NCBI RefSeq assembly: GCF_902652985.1 | Contig: NC_047029.1 | Coordinates: forward strand, 34,348,001-34,412,000 | From: Pecten maximus | Taxonomy: Eukaryota | Reading direction: 5' to 3' | Length of the DNA stretch: 64,000 nt | Shown here: in pieces, positions 27,001 through 39,826 of the stretch | Layout of the letters: each line of letters starts with the position of its first letter | Numbering within the stretch: position 1 is the first letter of the stretch | Notes under the pieces: model-generated | Database searches by the model: none | Told to the model about the DNA's origin: nothing | Seen by the model: only the letters and a program-made list of their open reading frames with translations | Position numbers and translations under genes: made by a program

Positions 27001-30000
27001 TATAAGGAAATCAAAATAAATTGATGCTAATGAGGTTTCCCGCGAGATTTCAACAGAAAAACAGATTCGGAGTAATACATCTCGGTAAGGAAGGTCAATT
27101 CATTCTGAAATTATTTAATTACGCAAAGTAAGATTCGCTTTCTTCACAAGAGTTACAAAAGAGTGGTTAAATATCTCTGATTATGTATTTATTTATCGTA
27201 GTAGCTTCATCCATATATGGATCACGGGTTCCATATTTGGGTTAGAATCCTCGCGAGAGTTCCTCGAGAAGTATCATGGCGGATCACGGAGACAACTCCG
27301 AGCAGTATGATATCAGAATATGCGAATTAAAGATTTCTAGATTAGACGGTAGGCTAATACATTGCAAAATTGTATTAGAAATGTTTAATTATACGAACTA
27401 TTACTCCAAAGTTAAACGATATCCGCTATTTGTAGCATTTTCGAGGTTCACTGTTTTGCTACATTACGAGCAATGGGAGGGAATCGTAGCTCTGACGACG
27501 ACCATCTGTCAGAAATTGTCCGTCCGTCGTCCAGAGCTACGTTATCGCAGCTAACTACTTCACTGAACAACATGCAGGAGGCCCATTACATGCCATACAG
27601 AGCAATTAGGGTAAAGTGTTTTGCCCGAGGACACAATCAGAATAGCAAGGAACCTGAGGAACACAAACCAACACTGGTAGTGAGCGTTGAACTACGCACC
27701 TTGAATCTTCACATGAGATTATGTGGCCAACTGAGCTATGTGATCCCCAAAATATATGGAAAACCAAAACGTAAATAAAGTGGTCACCAACTAAATAAAT
27801 CACATTTTTTTTTATTAAATTAGATAAAGATTATCTTTATCCCTCTACAGGTGGCTTAATGAAAGAAAATCAGACTCTAATAAAAACTAGAGAATACTTT
27901 TAATTTTTGAAATGAAAATAAAGTTCACTTAAACAAATAATATTTCATATATATGGTAGTAGCCCTACTTTAGATATTATTGCATCCTCCTCTCAAATAT
28001 AGACTTCACACAGGGCTATTTATAGGAAAATATATCTTTCTGGTCAAGCTGGACACTAGACTGTCTAATAGATTCAATGAAAGAAGAGATATAAATATGG
28101 AGGTGAAATGTATTTACATGTTGTGGGAAAATACTGAAATTTGATATTTCCCCAATATTTCATGATATAAGTGATAACTACCTTTAATATTTGAGAATTG
28201 CAAGATAATGTGATCATGCAATCAGCTGCTGAATCAGAGTTTAACCTTAATGATAAAGCAAACTCACAAATCTTTTTTATACTTCATCTGAAATCACAAA
28301 GAAATACTTAAATAACATGATTAATACTTTGTCAATTGTTGAAGGTCTTGTCATTATAATTTTATTATTTTCCTATAATTAAGAAATTACATGAAATTAT
28401 TTTATGATGTTGTATGATATATGTCAAATATTAGATACAAATTTTGGCAGGTGTATTTTCCAACAATTTGTAGGATTATATAGAGGATGTCTAAGTGTCT
28501 TCAGTAATACCAAATATATTTCACGAGTGGGGCTAATATTTTGATATTTTTCACAAGTGCGCAGCACGAGTGAAAAATATCAAAATATTAGCCACACGAG
28601 TGAAATATATTTGGTTTTACTGAAGACACTGTTAGATATTCTGTTTATTACATTTTTTATCAACGAAAACTCTACCCCGTATGCTAACTAGGACTACAAC
28701 GATTATTTGTAAACAAAAAAAGTAGTTTCCTCTGTCCAGGAGCTGACATATATGTCGGGCTTTCTGATTGGTCAATTATTTTGGTATTTTCTAATCATTA
28801 ATTTGATTGGTCAAATCAGCAAAAGTGATATTTTTCACTAGTGAAAAATATGATATTCTTCACTAGTGAAAAATATCACTTTTATAGAATGAATAATTTT
28901 TGATATTTCACTGGTAAAAATGTAATAAATTATTATATCTTTAAGTTTTGCTATTATTTGTACTGTACAGGTGTTTGGTAATACAGACTACAGTTACCAG
29001 GAAACAGAAATAAGAAAGTATGTCCTCATCCTAATAGCCATTGGGCTCGGCGCTCTTATCGCTCTGTCACTGCAGGTACATGTTTTCTCAATAAAATCAC
29101 TTTTCATGAAAGCATAATTAATATGTAATAAAAAGATCTTACACAGAAATTCAAATCAATGAAAACATACGAAATGTATATCTAATTATACCTACCTAGT
29201 AATAAATAACTTGAATGATGTAAGAGTGTGTTAGCCTGTCAAATCTGAACACCAAGGTCATGTTTTTAAAACAAAGAATAAAAGTTTAGACAATAGTGAT
29301 TAATAAACATGCAGGATAACTTTGTGAAATATTGATTCTTTATGTGAAATCATAATAAAATTATAAATCATTACAGAGTTACATGTTTGGCAAATCAGGT
29401 GAAAATCTGACATTGAGGCTGAGAAAAATGGCATTTGAGGCTATGTTATGGCAGGTAATTTGTAAATGTACTGCAATGTATAAAATTGTAATACCATATC
29501 CCTGAAGATGCATGGAAAAGTCTTATATTTAAGTCAAAATTTAAAGATCAATTTTTAAATTGTTCAAGGTAAAATATGTCGAAATTTACAAATGAATATA
29601 TTTTCAAAAAATTCTTATGCATGCACAATCAGCAATCAAAATTCTAACTGAATACATAATGGGTTGATATAATTTTGTAATTCTTTAATCTGCAAGTTTG
29701 TTTTATGCTTTAAATGTAGGACATGTCCTATTTTGACAATCCAAAGAACGGTACTGGAGCCTTGACTACTCGTTTGGCCACTGAAGCTTCCGAGGTTCAT
29801 GGGGTCTGTATATAGTGTTGAAAAGCTCATGTATTTTATCAATTTCAATGTTCTCAACATCACTGGTAATTGCTAGCTATAAATGGCAGAAGAATAATTG
29901 CTAGCTAAATGGCAGAAGAATGTTTTTTTTGACATAAAAGAATTTACTCTATGGTATCATTATCAAAATTCAACCAACATTATAATGCCAATTGGTATCA

Positions 30001-33000
30001 ATGTAATAAGCCCATACCTTGTAATAAATCTCTCAATGTCTACTGTAAAATAAAATAATAAATAAAATGCGAACAGATGTTACTATGTTTGTTTTAATAT
30101 TATAATCACATTCTCCAATTAGCCCCCCACCCCCCCCTTTGCGTCAATTGGTATGGGTTTTGGTATAATAATAGAATTTAATATATGGTTTTACCTACTT
30201 TGTGTATTACATAACATGTTATATAATTACTTCATCAGGCTGCTGGCATCACCATAGGAAAAGCCATTGAGGCTTTGGCGAACATCGGAACAGCAATTAT
30301 CATTGCGTTAATCTATGGTTGGAAACTGACTCTAGTCATCCTTGCATTTATACCACTGATGGCTGTTTCTGCAGGATTACGGATGAAAATTTTAACTGGA
30401 GTAGCAGGAAAAAATAAATTAGCTCTAGAAGAAGCTGGCAAAATTGCCACAGAGGCCATAGAAAACATGAGGACAGTGGCAGGACTTTCTATGGAAGATA
30501 AAGTGTTTGTACTGTATATCCAAAGTCTGGAGCAGCCGTACAGAGAGGCCATCAGAAAATGTCACTTGACTGGACTTGCCTTCTCTATATCACAGGCTAT
30601 GCTTTACTATGCTTATGCAGCAGCATTTTACTTTGGAGCCTATTTAATCAGAGAGAATGAAATGGAATTCGGTGATGTTTTTAGGTAACTGAAGCTAATC
30701 AAATTGCTGATAGTGACATTTTCTAGTAAATTGAGAAGTTGGATTTGTTTTAAGTAAAAATATTAATGTGCATAAATTCAATGATTTTTCAAGAAAATTG
30801 AAATTAACGGTTTGGTGACATAGGTAAACATTTACCACTTTACTCAGATATATATATCAAAAAGGTGTCCTCTGGTAAAAGAAAAAACTTCTATATATGT
30901 GGTGGCATGGGGTAGAATATGGTGTTTAATATATAACTAGTTAATTAAATCACTCCTTTGATAAGACATTAGACAATTAAGAAAAATTTTGGGAACAATT
31001 TTAGAAAACTAAGATAATTCTTTATTTCAGGATCACTGTTCTAGCGGGCAAAAACTATTAATGTTTTAGAAAGCTTAATGAGAATGAATAAATAAAATAA
31101 AAAGATGTTTGTCCGCTTTTATCTTTATAGGGGCCTTCATTGCAGTTCAATAAATAATATGAACAATATGTTTTCATTGATTTGCAGTAAGCCCACATTC
31201 CTCTTTTGTTCCATTCCTGTCACTTACCATTGCATATAAGAGAAATTTCAAGATGTAATACACTAAATCAACCTATTTGTTTCAGGGTTTTCTCAGCAGT
31301 TGTGTTTGGGGGCATGGCCCTAGGACAGGCAAGCTCCTTTGCTCCAGATGCCTCCAAAGCCAAAGTGGCAGCATCCCATATCTTTGCCCTGTTGGACCGT
31401 GTCCCTAGCATTGACACTGAGTCGGAAAGCTGGCAGCAAACCTGTATGTATTGCTGACCATTATAAATATGAACCTAGTTATAAACATAATGTTGTAGAT
31501 ACAGATGTTTGTCTACTTACGACTGTAAAATTACTAATTACCATTTTCCCATTTTACTTTCAGGTAAATTTTACCAGTAGAATCTCCTTTGGGAATACAA
31601 AGTTCTGTTATCCATCTCGACCAAATGTACAAGTTTTACAGGGCCTTACATTGGAGGTATCCTCTGGAGAAACCCTCGCTCTAGTGGGAGCCAGTGGATG
31701 TGGCAAGAGTACTACAGTACAACTCATCGAGAGGTTCTACGATCCTGATGAAGGATCTGTGGTAAATTCACAACATTTCTTGGAATGAGAAAGGGGAGAG
31801 GTGGGGGACAGTAGATATTGCCACAAAAAGCCGAAATTGTTGTAACATACAAAAACAAGGACATGATTCTAATCTACAATCTATGACCTGTAAAAATCAG
31901 TCACAGTTTTGTTACAAATCCATGTCCAATTGTCAGACTATATACCTGTGTATATATATTTATATGTTTACTGTACCCATATCTACCCAATGTATCCATT
32001 GGTATTAATTTAGATGATTAAAAATAGTCTGTGAGTTAGTGTCTACAATTTACTTGTGTAAATGGAATAAAGAAATTAATTAAAAAGACATTATTTTGAA
32101 TTAACTCAAAGATAGCATTACATTACTCATGTGCTGGGTGTTATTTAATTGTTTAATTGTTGCAGAAATTGGACTCCTATGATTTGAAGGATCTCAATGT
32201 CCAATGGTTAAGATCCCAGGTTGGCATTGTATCACAGGAGCCCATTCTGTTTGACTGTAGTATCGCAGAAAACATAGCTTATGGAGACAACTTCCGAGTG
32301 GTTGGTATGGATGAGATCATCTCCGCAGCCAGAAGTGCCAACATTCACAAGTTTATAGAATCCTTGCCCAATGTAATTACAATGTATTATATAAACTAAA
32401 TTCTCCGTTTTATGAAAAAAATCTTCGATGAATGAATGTATCCTATATGCTCTAACTCAAACAGATGGCATTGTGTGATATCTTACCCTATTCTTTTGTT
32501 AAAGCTGATGTAGGTATACACTAATAAAAGCAAAATGAGCAGGGGGCACGCAGGGCTCTAGATACATATATACCCTCATCCTCACCGTTTCCTCATCAAT
32601 AAATCTGTCTCGGTGTGTGAGAGGTAGCTATAGATGTATGCAAGCCTTTTATTTTGGATGTGGTCATGCACGTTCACCTTTGACCGATGACCTTGACATT
32701 TTATTAGGTGTAGAACTTGATGTTTTACGGTGGGGATTTCAATTACTTTATTTAAAGGTTCATGAGATATCCTGTATACAAGCTGTGCAGGTAACATGGA
32801 CATTACTTACTTTAAGCTTTATTTATTTTTTTATACATCAATTTAAAAACAACTTACCTGTAATAACATATTAATCACTCTTGTAAGAAACCATTGTACC
32901 CAGGGAAATCCCACGTGGTCTGGCAAGTGACCCCATACCTTTTTGTATCTATATGTGTAAACACGGAATTGGCCTCTGGTCAATTTGGTGAAAGGCGCTA

Positions 33001-34769
33001 CATCCCCTAATCGATCTATGTAGAGAAGCTATTTCATTGTTGTGTATTAAATGATATATAGTAATGATAGGAGGACGGGAGAAGTAGGGAGGACGTTTAA
33101 TACTATATGACCATCTGATCCAAAATCATGTTGATGGTTAAGGTTATAAACAAATGTCTTGTACAGTCACTTGTCATTTACTTATTGGATACGTGACTCC
33201 ATATTGTTTTCAAACTTGAAATCCTCATTAAAAGCTTTCATGCAGCTTCCAAATCATGGCATCAACTTTCCTGGAATTTTAAGATAAGTTACACGGCTTC
33301 CTTCTGTAGGTCAAAAATAGAATATTGGAAATCTGAATACACAAATGTACTATGTACAAAATTATGTGTTTGATGTGCAGGTACATGCCATAGCAACATT
33401 GAGTTCCTTTATAAAGAATTAAGACAAAATGCTTTGGTGTGAAATAAATTATTGCACCTTCATATACAATGTATCTTTCAGGGTTATGAAACTAATGTTG
33501 GAAACAAAGGGACACAACTCAGTGGTGGACAGAAACAGCGGGTGGCCATCGCTCGTGCCCTGGTAAGGAATCCTAAGATCCTGTTGTTGGATGAAGCAAC
33601 GTCTGCGCTCGACACGGAGAGTGAGAAGGTAAGTAATCATTTAAGAATTAAACAAGACATTTTAAATACATGTACTGATAAATCAGTTTTGTACCTACTT
33701 CATTACATTATGTAGTGAAAATGAAACCAAAACCTTTATATCTAAAGAAAACTGGTTGGGCAAGTAACGTTGTTCATCAATTTAGGTTGCCATGGCAAAG
33801 AACATTATGAATTATATAGAATCTGTTTAACCAACTCCAGTCAGTGCTATAACTGTTATTTGTAGATTTCAACTGAACATGAATACAGAAAAAAATTTCG
33901 CATGGATTTTGATTGTGATTACTTATTGGTGTTCAGCATAATAGCATGTAGAACCAAAGCTAGGGATAGATCTTAACATTGAAAACCACAGCAGAATACT
34001 GTGAAGGTCTCGCACAAATAAGTATCTTACTATATGTTATTACTAGTGACTCCATCCCCTCCATTGCTCATTTGAAGTTCAAATGTAGTAAATTTTATGT
34101 CAAATTAAAGTTTGAAGTTTTCGCTATCTGAGAAAAGATGTTACTGTATAGGTTTTTTGGCATATAAGAGCTAGCACACCAGTACTTGAAAGATAATAAC
34201 CCGCATATATAGATGACTGGGGAATTCCCAACATTTTACACTGTAATACTGCATCTTTTTGATCTTTTTCTTTTAAATCTCAATACCCTAGTCTCGTATA
34301 TAGAAAGTATTTAATTCATGTGTTTCATACTCAGGAAACGACTAAAAACCTAATAAACACATTTTCTTCAGGGACATTGTTCTTGAGAAACAGCAGCTGA
34401 TTGGCTGAATTGAATGTGTGAGACCTCTAGGTTATACATGTACATTGTATATAGGTTGGCTTATTGGCCATCATGAGCTTATTGGATAAATATGGGCGAT
34501 ATTCATACACATGCAAACAGTGTACAATGGTGATCAGATTTACTAACTCCCTTGTTACACCATTCTAGGTTGTACAGGAAGCCTTGGACAAAGCCAGAGA
34601 GGGACGGACATGTATAGTGATTGCCCATCGTCTGTCCACCATCCGAAACGCGGACAAAATCTGCGTCATCAAACATGGTCAGGTGGCAGAGGAGGGTCGT
34701 CACGGTGATTTAATGTCTAAACAAGGACTCTACTATAAGCTCAACACTGCACAGAGTCGCCAGAAATAA
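12051..34769 (+). CDS. ABCB1: ABCB1 / P-glycoprotein (MDR1-type full ABC transporter), 26 coding exons, about 1361 aa if the +1 base at 31426-31428 is removed
   Basis: GT-AG exons with matching phases: 12051-12069, 12754-12861, 14966-15123, 16155-16378, 16967-17082, 17974-18145, 18748-18919, 19457-19581, 19807-19984, 20201-20314, 20510-20746, 21391-21594, 22069-22239, 23354-23515, 24379-24400, 25484-25614, 26123-26272, 28971-29075, 29377-29454, 29720-29803, 30239-30684, 31286-31443 (frameshifted), 31564-31761, 32166-32372, 33482-33628, 34569-34769. TMD1-NBD1-linker-TMD2-NBD2 layout with Walker [18 protein letters not shown]-loop VSQEP, signature LSGGQKQR, Walker [13 protein letters not shown] and H-loop AHRLST, each twice. 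The first two coding exons are less certain. Confidence 0.95.
14157..14430. mobile_element. MITE with 27-bp terminal inverted repeats (ABCB1 intron)
   Basis: tagcccgagtttcctctggccctgaca ... tgtcagggccagaggaaactctggcta (1 mismatch). Confidence 0.8.
15305..15855 (+). mobile_element. Degenerate HINE/Helentron-like interspersed repeat
   Basis: T-rich start, gtctgtcatccgt tract, internal sub-repeats (aacttcttctcaataacc, accaagtttgttcaaat, tcaaggtcacaggggtcaaatgtgtt), tcaggtgaccg end. Confidence 0.4.
17586..17684 (-). mobile_element. tRNA-derived SINE-like element
   Basis: Minus strand has A-box TAGCTCAATTGG and B-box GGTTCGAACC in tRNA spacing, followed by a pyrimidine tail. The stems are imperfect. 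Confidence 0.6.
21636..21832 (+). repeat. Four tandem G-run units (ttttacact-Gn-cttatttgaggataaatacagtactagac)
   Basis: Unit visible 4 times with variable G tracts, the longest about 20 G. Confidence 0.8.
23480..24132 (+). repeat. 75/78-bp minisatellite, 9 copies, built from the 3' end of ABCB1 exon 23354-23515, its donor and the intron start
   Basis: aaacaaggggtgtaccaaca..cttgt..tacag|gtattcacacaat..actattaatc.ggttatctaatatcac starts at about 23480, 23558, 23633, 23708, 23783, 23858, 23936, 24011, 24086. Confidence 0.95.
24438..24716 (+). mobile_element. HINE/Helentron-type non-autonomous element
   Basis: tttttagtcccctgcc start with inverted partner ggcaggggact near the 3' end, (GTCC/GTCT)n tract, 3' palindrome gtattgctgttgcaatac, cttgtt terminus. 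Confidence 0.65.
25074..25295 (+). mobile_element. Older diverged copy of the tRNA-derived SINE
   Basis: Colinear similarity to 26391-26613 (ggggccatggtggcc...ggtactgaccgtagg...ggcacgtctttaaatg...gttaataggac). Confidence 0.8.
26391..26613 (+). mobile_element. Full-length tRNA-derived SINE (V-domain-like core) with 13-bp target site duplication
   Basis: A-box TGGCCGAGTGG, B-box GAGTTCGAGACC, core tttctccgggtactccggctttcctcc, (AAAC)n tail, TSD tgctgaattaatt at 26378-26390 and 26614-26626. Confidence 0.9.
28478..28930. mobile_element. Non-autonomous DNA element with a ~150-bp hairpin and repeated ttcactagtgaa palindromes (family uncertain, Crypton-like layout)
   Basis: gtgtcttcagtaataccaaatatatttcac...gtgaaatatatttggttttactgaagacac foldback. 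Inverted pair tttattacatttt / aaaatgtaataaa. Confidence 0.55.
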
Positions 34770-36394
34770 GTCTGACTACAATTTTAGGTTCTGGGTGTAG
34801 AGGCTATGTTTTTTATTTTTTATTTTATTTTTTTTTAATTTGCGCTGAATTTTTAGCTTAATAGTATTATCATTCAGCAGGGATTAGCGACTTCCCTCAG
34901 TGAAATGAAAATGTAGCAAATTTTACAAAAATGTTTCAAGAATTTCACTGGACGTAAACAAATCTAGATGCTTTCTGTTGATTGTTCATATTGAACATGG
35001 TATTTCAAAAGCTCAGGATCAGTATTAATCATTTATCTTTATTTAAAAAGTGACTGTGACAAATCAAGATACAGTCCCCTACAAAATCTGTGATAACTCT
35101 GCATATCTGTGATCCCTATATAATTAAGACTGACGTTTATGATGTTGTTGGGCTTCTATAGATTGAGCTCTTCCAGACTATTTTAAGATTGCTCATGTTG
35201 TTAACTCAGTGTACTATTTTTGCATATTTGTTTTTAAAAAAAATGTAGATATGATGAACTTTAATATCCACGGACGTGTCTTTTTGATAATTTTTAAACC
35301 TTTAGAACTGCTCAACAGGAAATATCTGAGAAAATAGTATTTGAGCTCATGGACAGGTGAATGTCTTTTTATGCTTGTTGACTTTTGTTGACAATTTTTA
35401 GAAAAAGAAATTACATTAAAGGAAAAATTAAAAATGCAGGAAAATCACTATTATCTGTTATGAGCTTTTTCGTTAATATTTATAGCATCATTTTTGATAT
35501 ATGACAATTCAAGAAAACCAATTTCAGAGCACTGTGCAAGAGTGCAGATTAAGGGTTAAATTCTTATTTTAGCATCTTGGTTTCGAATTTAGTTTGTTTA
35601 CATGATATTTGTATGTACTCGTTTACTTGTTAAGTCAGAAAAAAATTAACACGTTTCAATTATTATTAACTATTGTTAAATTTTCCATGAAAACCTAGAA
35701 AAAGGACACCAGTAATTATTGGCGATTTTTATCACCATGTTAGTGTTTGTCGCCATCTTAAGTTTGTGAATAATATGTTTTCTAAAAAACCCATTCACTT
35801 AGAATGTCCTTAATTTGTAAATACATTTCTCACAATTCCATTCGCTCAAAATATCTTGTATTGTATTTAAACACTAAAACGTTTGACTTCAGCCATGCAA
35901 TTTAATCATATGGTATATGTGGTTATGTTTCAAGTTTAAAAATGATGTTTTTTCGGTGATTTTATTTTATAAAATTATTTTATTTCCGTTATTTTTTAGT
36001 TATTGCATTCATGGTGCTGTATACTTGGGTATGATTTGTTGTATACACTTTGAAATGATATCTTTAAACCTTATTATATATACATGTATATGCATACGTT
36101 GTTCAGCTTTTGCCTTGGTATGTTGTTTGTCCGATTATCTGTGATAGATTTTTATTTCAACTTTAATACTTCATTAAAACTATGTTGTTGTAGGCTAGAT
36201 TTGGTCACTATGCAGTGTTAAAGTGTAAATGAAAATATACAATGTACATATATGGTATAAAAGAGTTTGCAAAACTTACGGGTAATGAAGGTTAACATGA
36301 AGATGGAGTGTGATGCTTATCATGATGACAAATACTGCTATTTACATTATACAAGTTTACTATCAATATTCAGGTAAAGTGTATATACCATTAA

Positions 36395-37040
36395 GCTATA
36401 TATCTAGTTATACCATCAAGCTACATATATACAAGTCTCTGGTATATCAAGTTATACCGTCCATCAAGCTATAACCAGTTATACCGTCCATTAAGCTATA
36501 TCTAGTTATACCGTCCAACAAGCTATATCTATATCTAGTTATACTATCCATCAAGCTATAACTAGTTATACCGTCAATCAAGCTATATCTATTTATAGTT
36601 ATACCGTCCATCAAGCTATATCTAGTTATACCGTCCATCAAGCTATATCTACATGTAGTTATACCGTCCATCAAGTTATATCTAGTTATACCGTCCATCA
36701 AGCTATATCTATATATAGTTGTACCATCAAGCTATATCTAGTTATACCGTCCATCAAGCTATATCTAGTTATACCGTCCATCAAGCTATATCTAGTTGTA
36801 CCGTCCATCAAGCTATATCTAGTTATACCGTCCATCAAGCTATATATAGTTATACCGTCCATCAAGCTATATCTAGTTATACCGTCCATCAAGCTATATC
36901 TAGTTATACCGTCCATCAAACTGTATCTAGTTATACCGTCCATCAAGCTATATCTAGTTATACCGTCCATCAAGCTATATCTAGTTATACCGTCCATCAA
37001 GCTATATATAGTTATACCGTCCATCAAGCTATATATAGCT
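36395..37040 (+). repeat. 27-bp minisatellite (ctatatctagttataccgtccatcaag)n, about 22 copies
   Basis: Direct tandem periodicity. It produces the spurious YSLMDGITR ORFs. Confidence 0.95.
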
Positions 37041-38200
37041 TGTCCAGATAGATATACCCTCTATCCCAACATTGACGCTATTATTCTGTCCAGATAGACA
37101 TACCCTCTATCCCAACATTGACGCTATTATTCTGTCCAGATAGACATACCCTCTATCCCAACATTGAATGCTAATATTCTTCTGGTCCAGATAGACATAC
37201 CCCTCTATCCAACAGTGGTGCTAATATTCTTCTGTCCAGATAGATATACCCTCTATCCCAACATTGATGCTAATATTCTTCTGTCCAGATAGACATACCC
37301 TCTATCCCAACATTGACGCTATTATTCTTCTGTCCAGATAGACATACCCTCTATCCCAACATTGACGCTATTATTCTGTCCAGATAGACATACCCTCTAT
37401 CCCAACATTGACGCTATTATTCTGTCCAGATAGACATACCCTCTATCCCAACATTGATGCTAATATTCTTCTGTCCAGATAGACATACCCTCTATCCCAA
37501 CATTGATGCTAATATTCTTCTGTCCAGATAGACATACCCTCTATCCCAACATTGATGCTAATATTCTTCTGTCCAGATAGACATACCCTCTATCCCAACA
37601 TTGAAGCTATTATTCTGTCCAGATAGACATACCCTCTATCCCAACATTGATGCTAATATTCTTCTGTCCAGATAGACATACCCTCTATCCCAGCATTGAT
37701 GCTAATATTCTTCTGTCCAGATAGACATACCCTCTATCCCAACATTGATGCTAATATTCTTCTGTCCAGATAGATATACCCTCTATCCCAACATTGATGC
37801 TAATATTCTTCTGTCCAGATAGACATACCTTCTATCCCAACATTGACGCTATTATTCTGTCCAGATAGACATACCCTCTATCCCAACATTGACGCTATTA
37901 TTCTGTCCAGATAGACATACCCTCTATCCCAACATTGATGCTAATATTCTTCTGTCCAGATAGACATACCCTCTATCCCAACATTGGTGCTAATATTCTT
38001 CTGTCCAGATAGATATACCCTCTATCCCAACATTGATGCTAATATTCTTCTGTCCAGATAGACATACCCTCTATCCCAACCTTGATGCTAATATTCTTCT
38101 GTCCAGATAGACATACCCTCTATCCCAACATTGGTGCTAATATTCTTCTGTCCAGATAGACATACCCTCTATCCCAACATTGATGCTAATATTCTCCCGT
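37041..38200 (+). repeat. 46/49-bp minisatellite (tgtccagatagacataccctctatcccaacattga...), about 24 copies, decaying to about 38400
   Basis: Two alternating unit variants (..cgctattattc and ..tgctaatattcttc). Confidence 0.95.
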
Positions 38201-39437
38201 CCACATACAATGTAGATATACTCTCTACCTGAATATTGGATATAATATTTCCGTCAAGAAATAGATATGCCCTCTATCTTCCCTAACAGGGATACTAATC
38301 ATGCCCTTTCTAGATAAATCGGCTGATAATTATACATTCTACCTCAGCAGTGATACTAATCATCAGCTGGTCAGATTGCTATATAGAATTTCCTCTGGAC
38401 CACTGCTTTGATATTCATGATCAATCCTTTTGTCTCAATTATTGTTTAAATTATATCAAAGTGTGTGTTTCTTGTTTTGTAATGAAAATAGATCTAGTCG
38501 AAGATGTCGCGCCCTGTAACTGTTAAATAAAGACTACTTACCGATAACTGGCACCTGTTGTTTATTTCCATCTGTGCTGCAAACGTGTGCTCGTAATGTA
38601 GTGTTCTATTGTCTGCAATAAACATCTTGTAAAAGTATTCTTGTACTACATTTCGGGAACTGTGCGTACACAAAGGTATAGATGAAGAGGGAAATCGGAC
38701 ATTTATCTACATTGTAGTATAATTGTGGTCAGAAAGAACCTAGATAATTAATCTATAGCATTATTTTTGCGACCCTGGTGTTGTTTCGCCACAAATGAGA
38801 TCGAAATTTCTTTAACTCAAAATAAGTAAAAATAATCTTATTTCTTTCAAAAGTTGCTTCATTTTTTTTTTATTTATTTAGTTTTTTTTTTCGAAAAAAG
38901 TGTCTTCACCGTCTGTCATCTACCTTGGTTTACTCTACACACACACGCATACACTACAGGCACGCACACAGGGGAGGCCGTCCACGACTACAGACGTTAC
39001 ATTTATACATTTATACATTTATGCAATGCACACTACATACATATACATAATGTTAATTTTTAGTCAACACAATAGTAATAGATAACGTCACAAATATTCT
39101 GTAACTTGATTTTTCCTAAAAACCACTCCTATCCCTTCTAAAGACGTAGAAACTTCCTGTTTTCGCTTTGACCTCCTCATTGCCATCAAACATGTACACA
39201 GTAACAACGTTAACAGTATGATTAAAGCATACCATGTACATGATTATCAAGTAAGTCTCATGGAAAACTCCTACTTTGTTGTGACAACAATTTACCGATC
39301 TTCTGCCATAATTATCAAGACTGCAACAATATGTTAAGCTGTTTATACACTGCTCAATTAAAACAAAAAGAATGTATGAACAGTCATGCGTGACCATCAA
39401 GCAAATATACCTGCTTTATATACCTCCGTGTATAATT

Positions 39438-39826
39438 AAGCTTTAATCCAGGGCGTGACATAGCTGATAACATCATGAACGCCATAGATAGTTCGCGTCG
39501 AACTGTTTTCGTTGTAAGCAGTACATATTTAGAACGTGAGTGGACGATGTTTACGATGAAATTAGCCAGAGTTTATTCATTTCGCGAAGGTCGAGAGAAC
39601 ATGAATATTGTGATTCTGTTAAACGATATAAAACGGAGTGAATTTCCAAAGCTCATGCGGAAGAACTGGAATACCATTCGTCCTTTGCATTGGCCACGCA
39701 AAAACACAACAGATACAGAAAAAAAATATCGCCGCAGAGCAGGTGTTTTGGAAAAGATTGTTAAAACGCATCCAACGAGAAAATAACATCGTTGTATCGT
39801 CAGATGTTTAAGAGTACTCCGCATGA
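39438..39826 (+). pseudogene. Truncated TLR copy: C-terminal part of the TIR domain only, frameshift in an A8 run (39719-39726) and TCA>TAA near the end
   Basis: Near-identical to 51258-51645 and 61675-62062 from aagctttaatccaggg onward. No LRR or TM sequence upstream. Confidence 0.9.

Noticed and set aside
36447-37051. Repetitive ORFs (YSLMDGITR)n / (SSYTVHQAI)n
   Set aside because: They arise from a 27-bp unit divisible by three, are open on both strands, and have no splice or start context.
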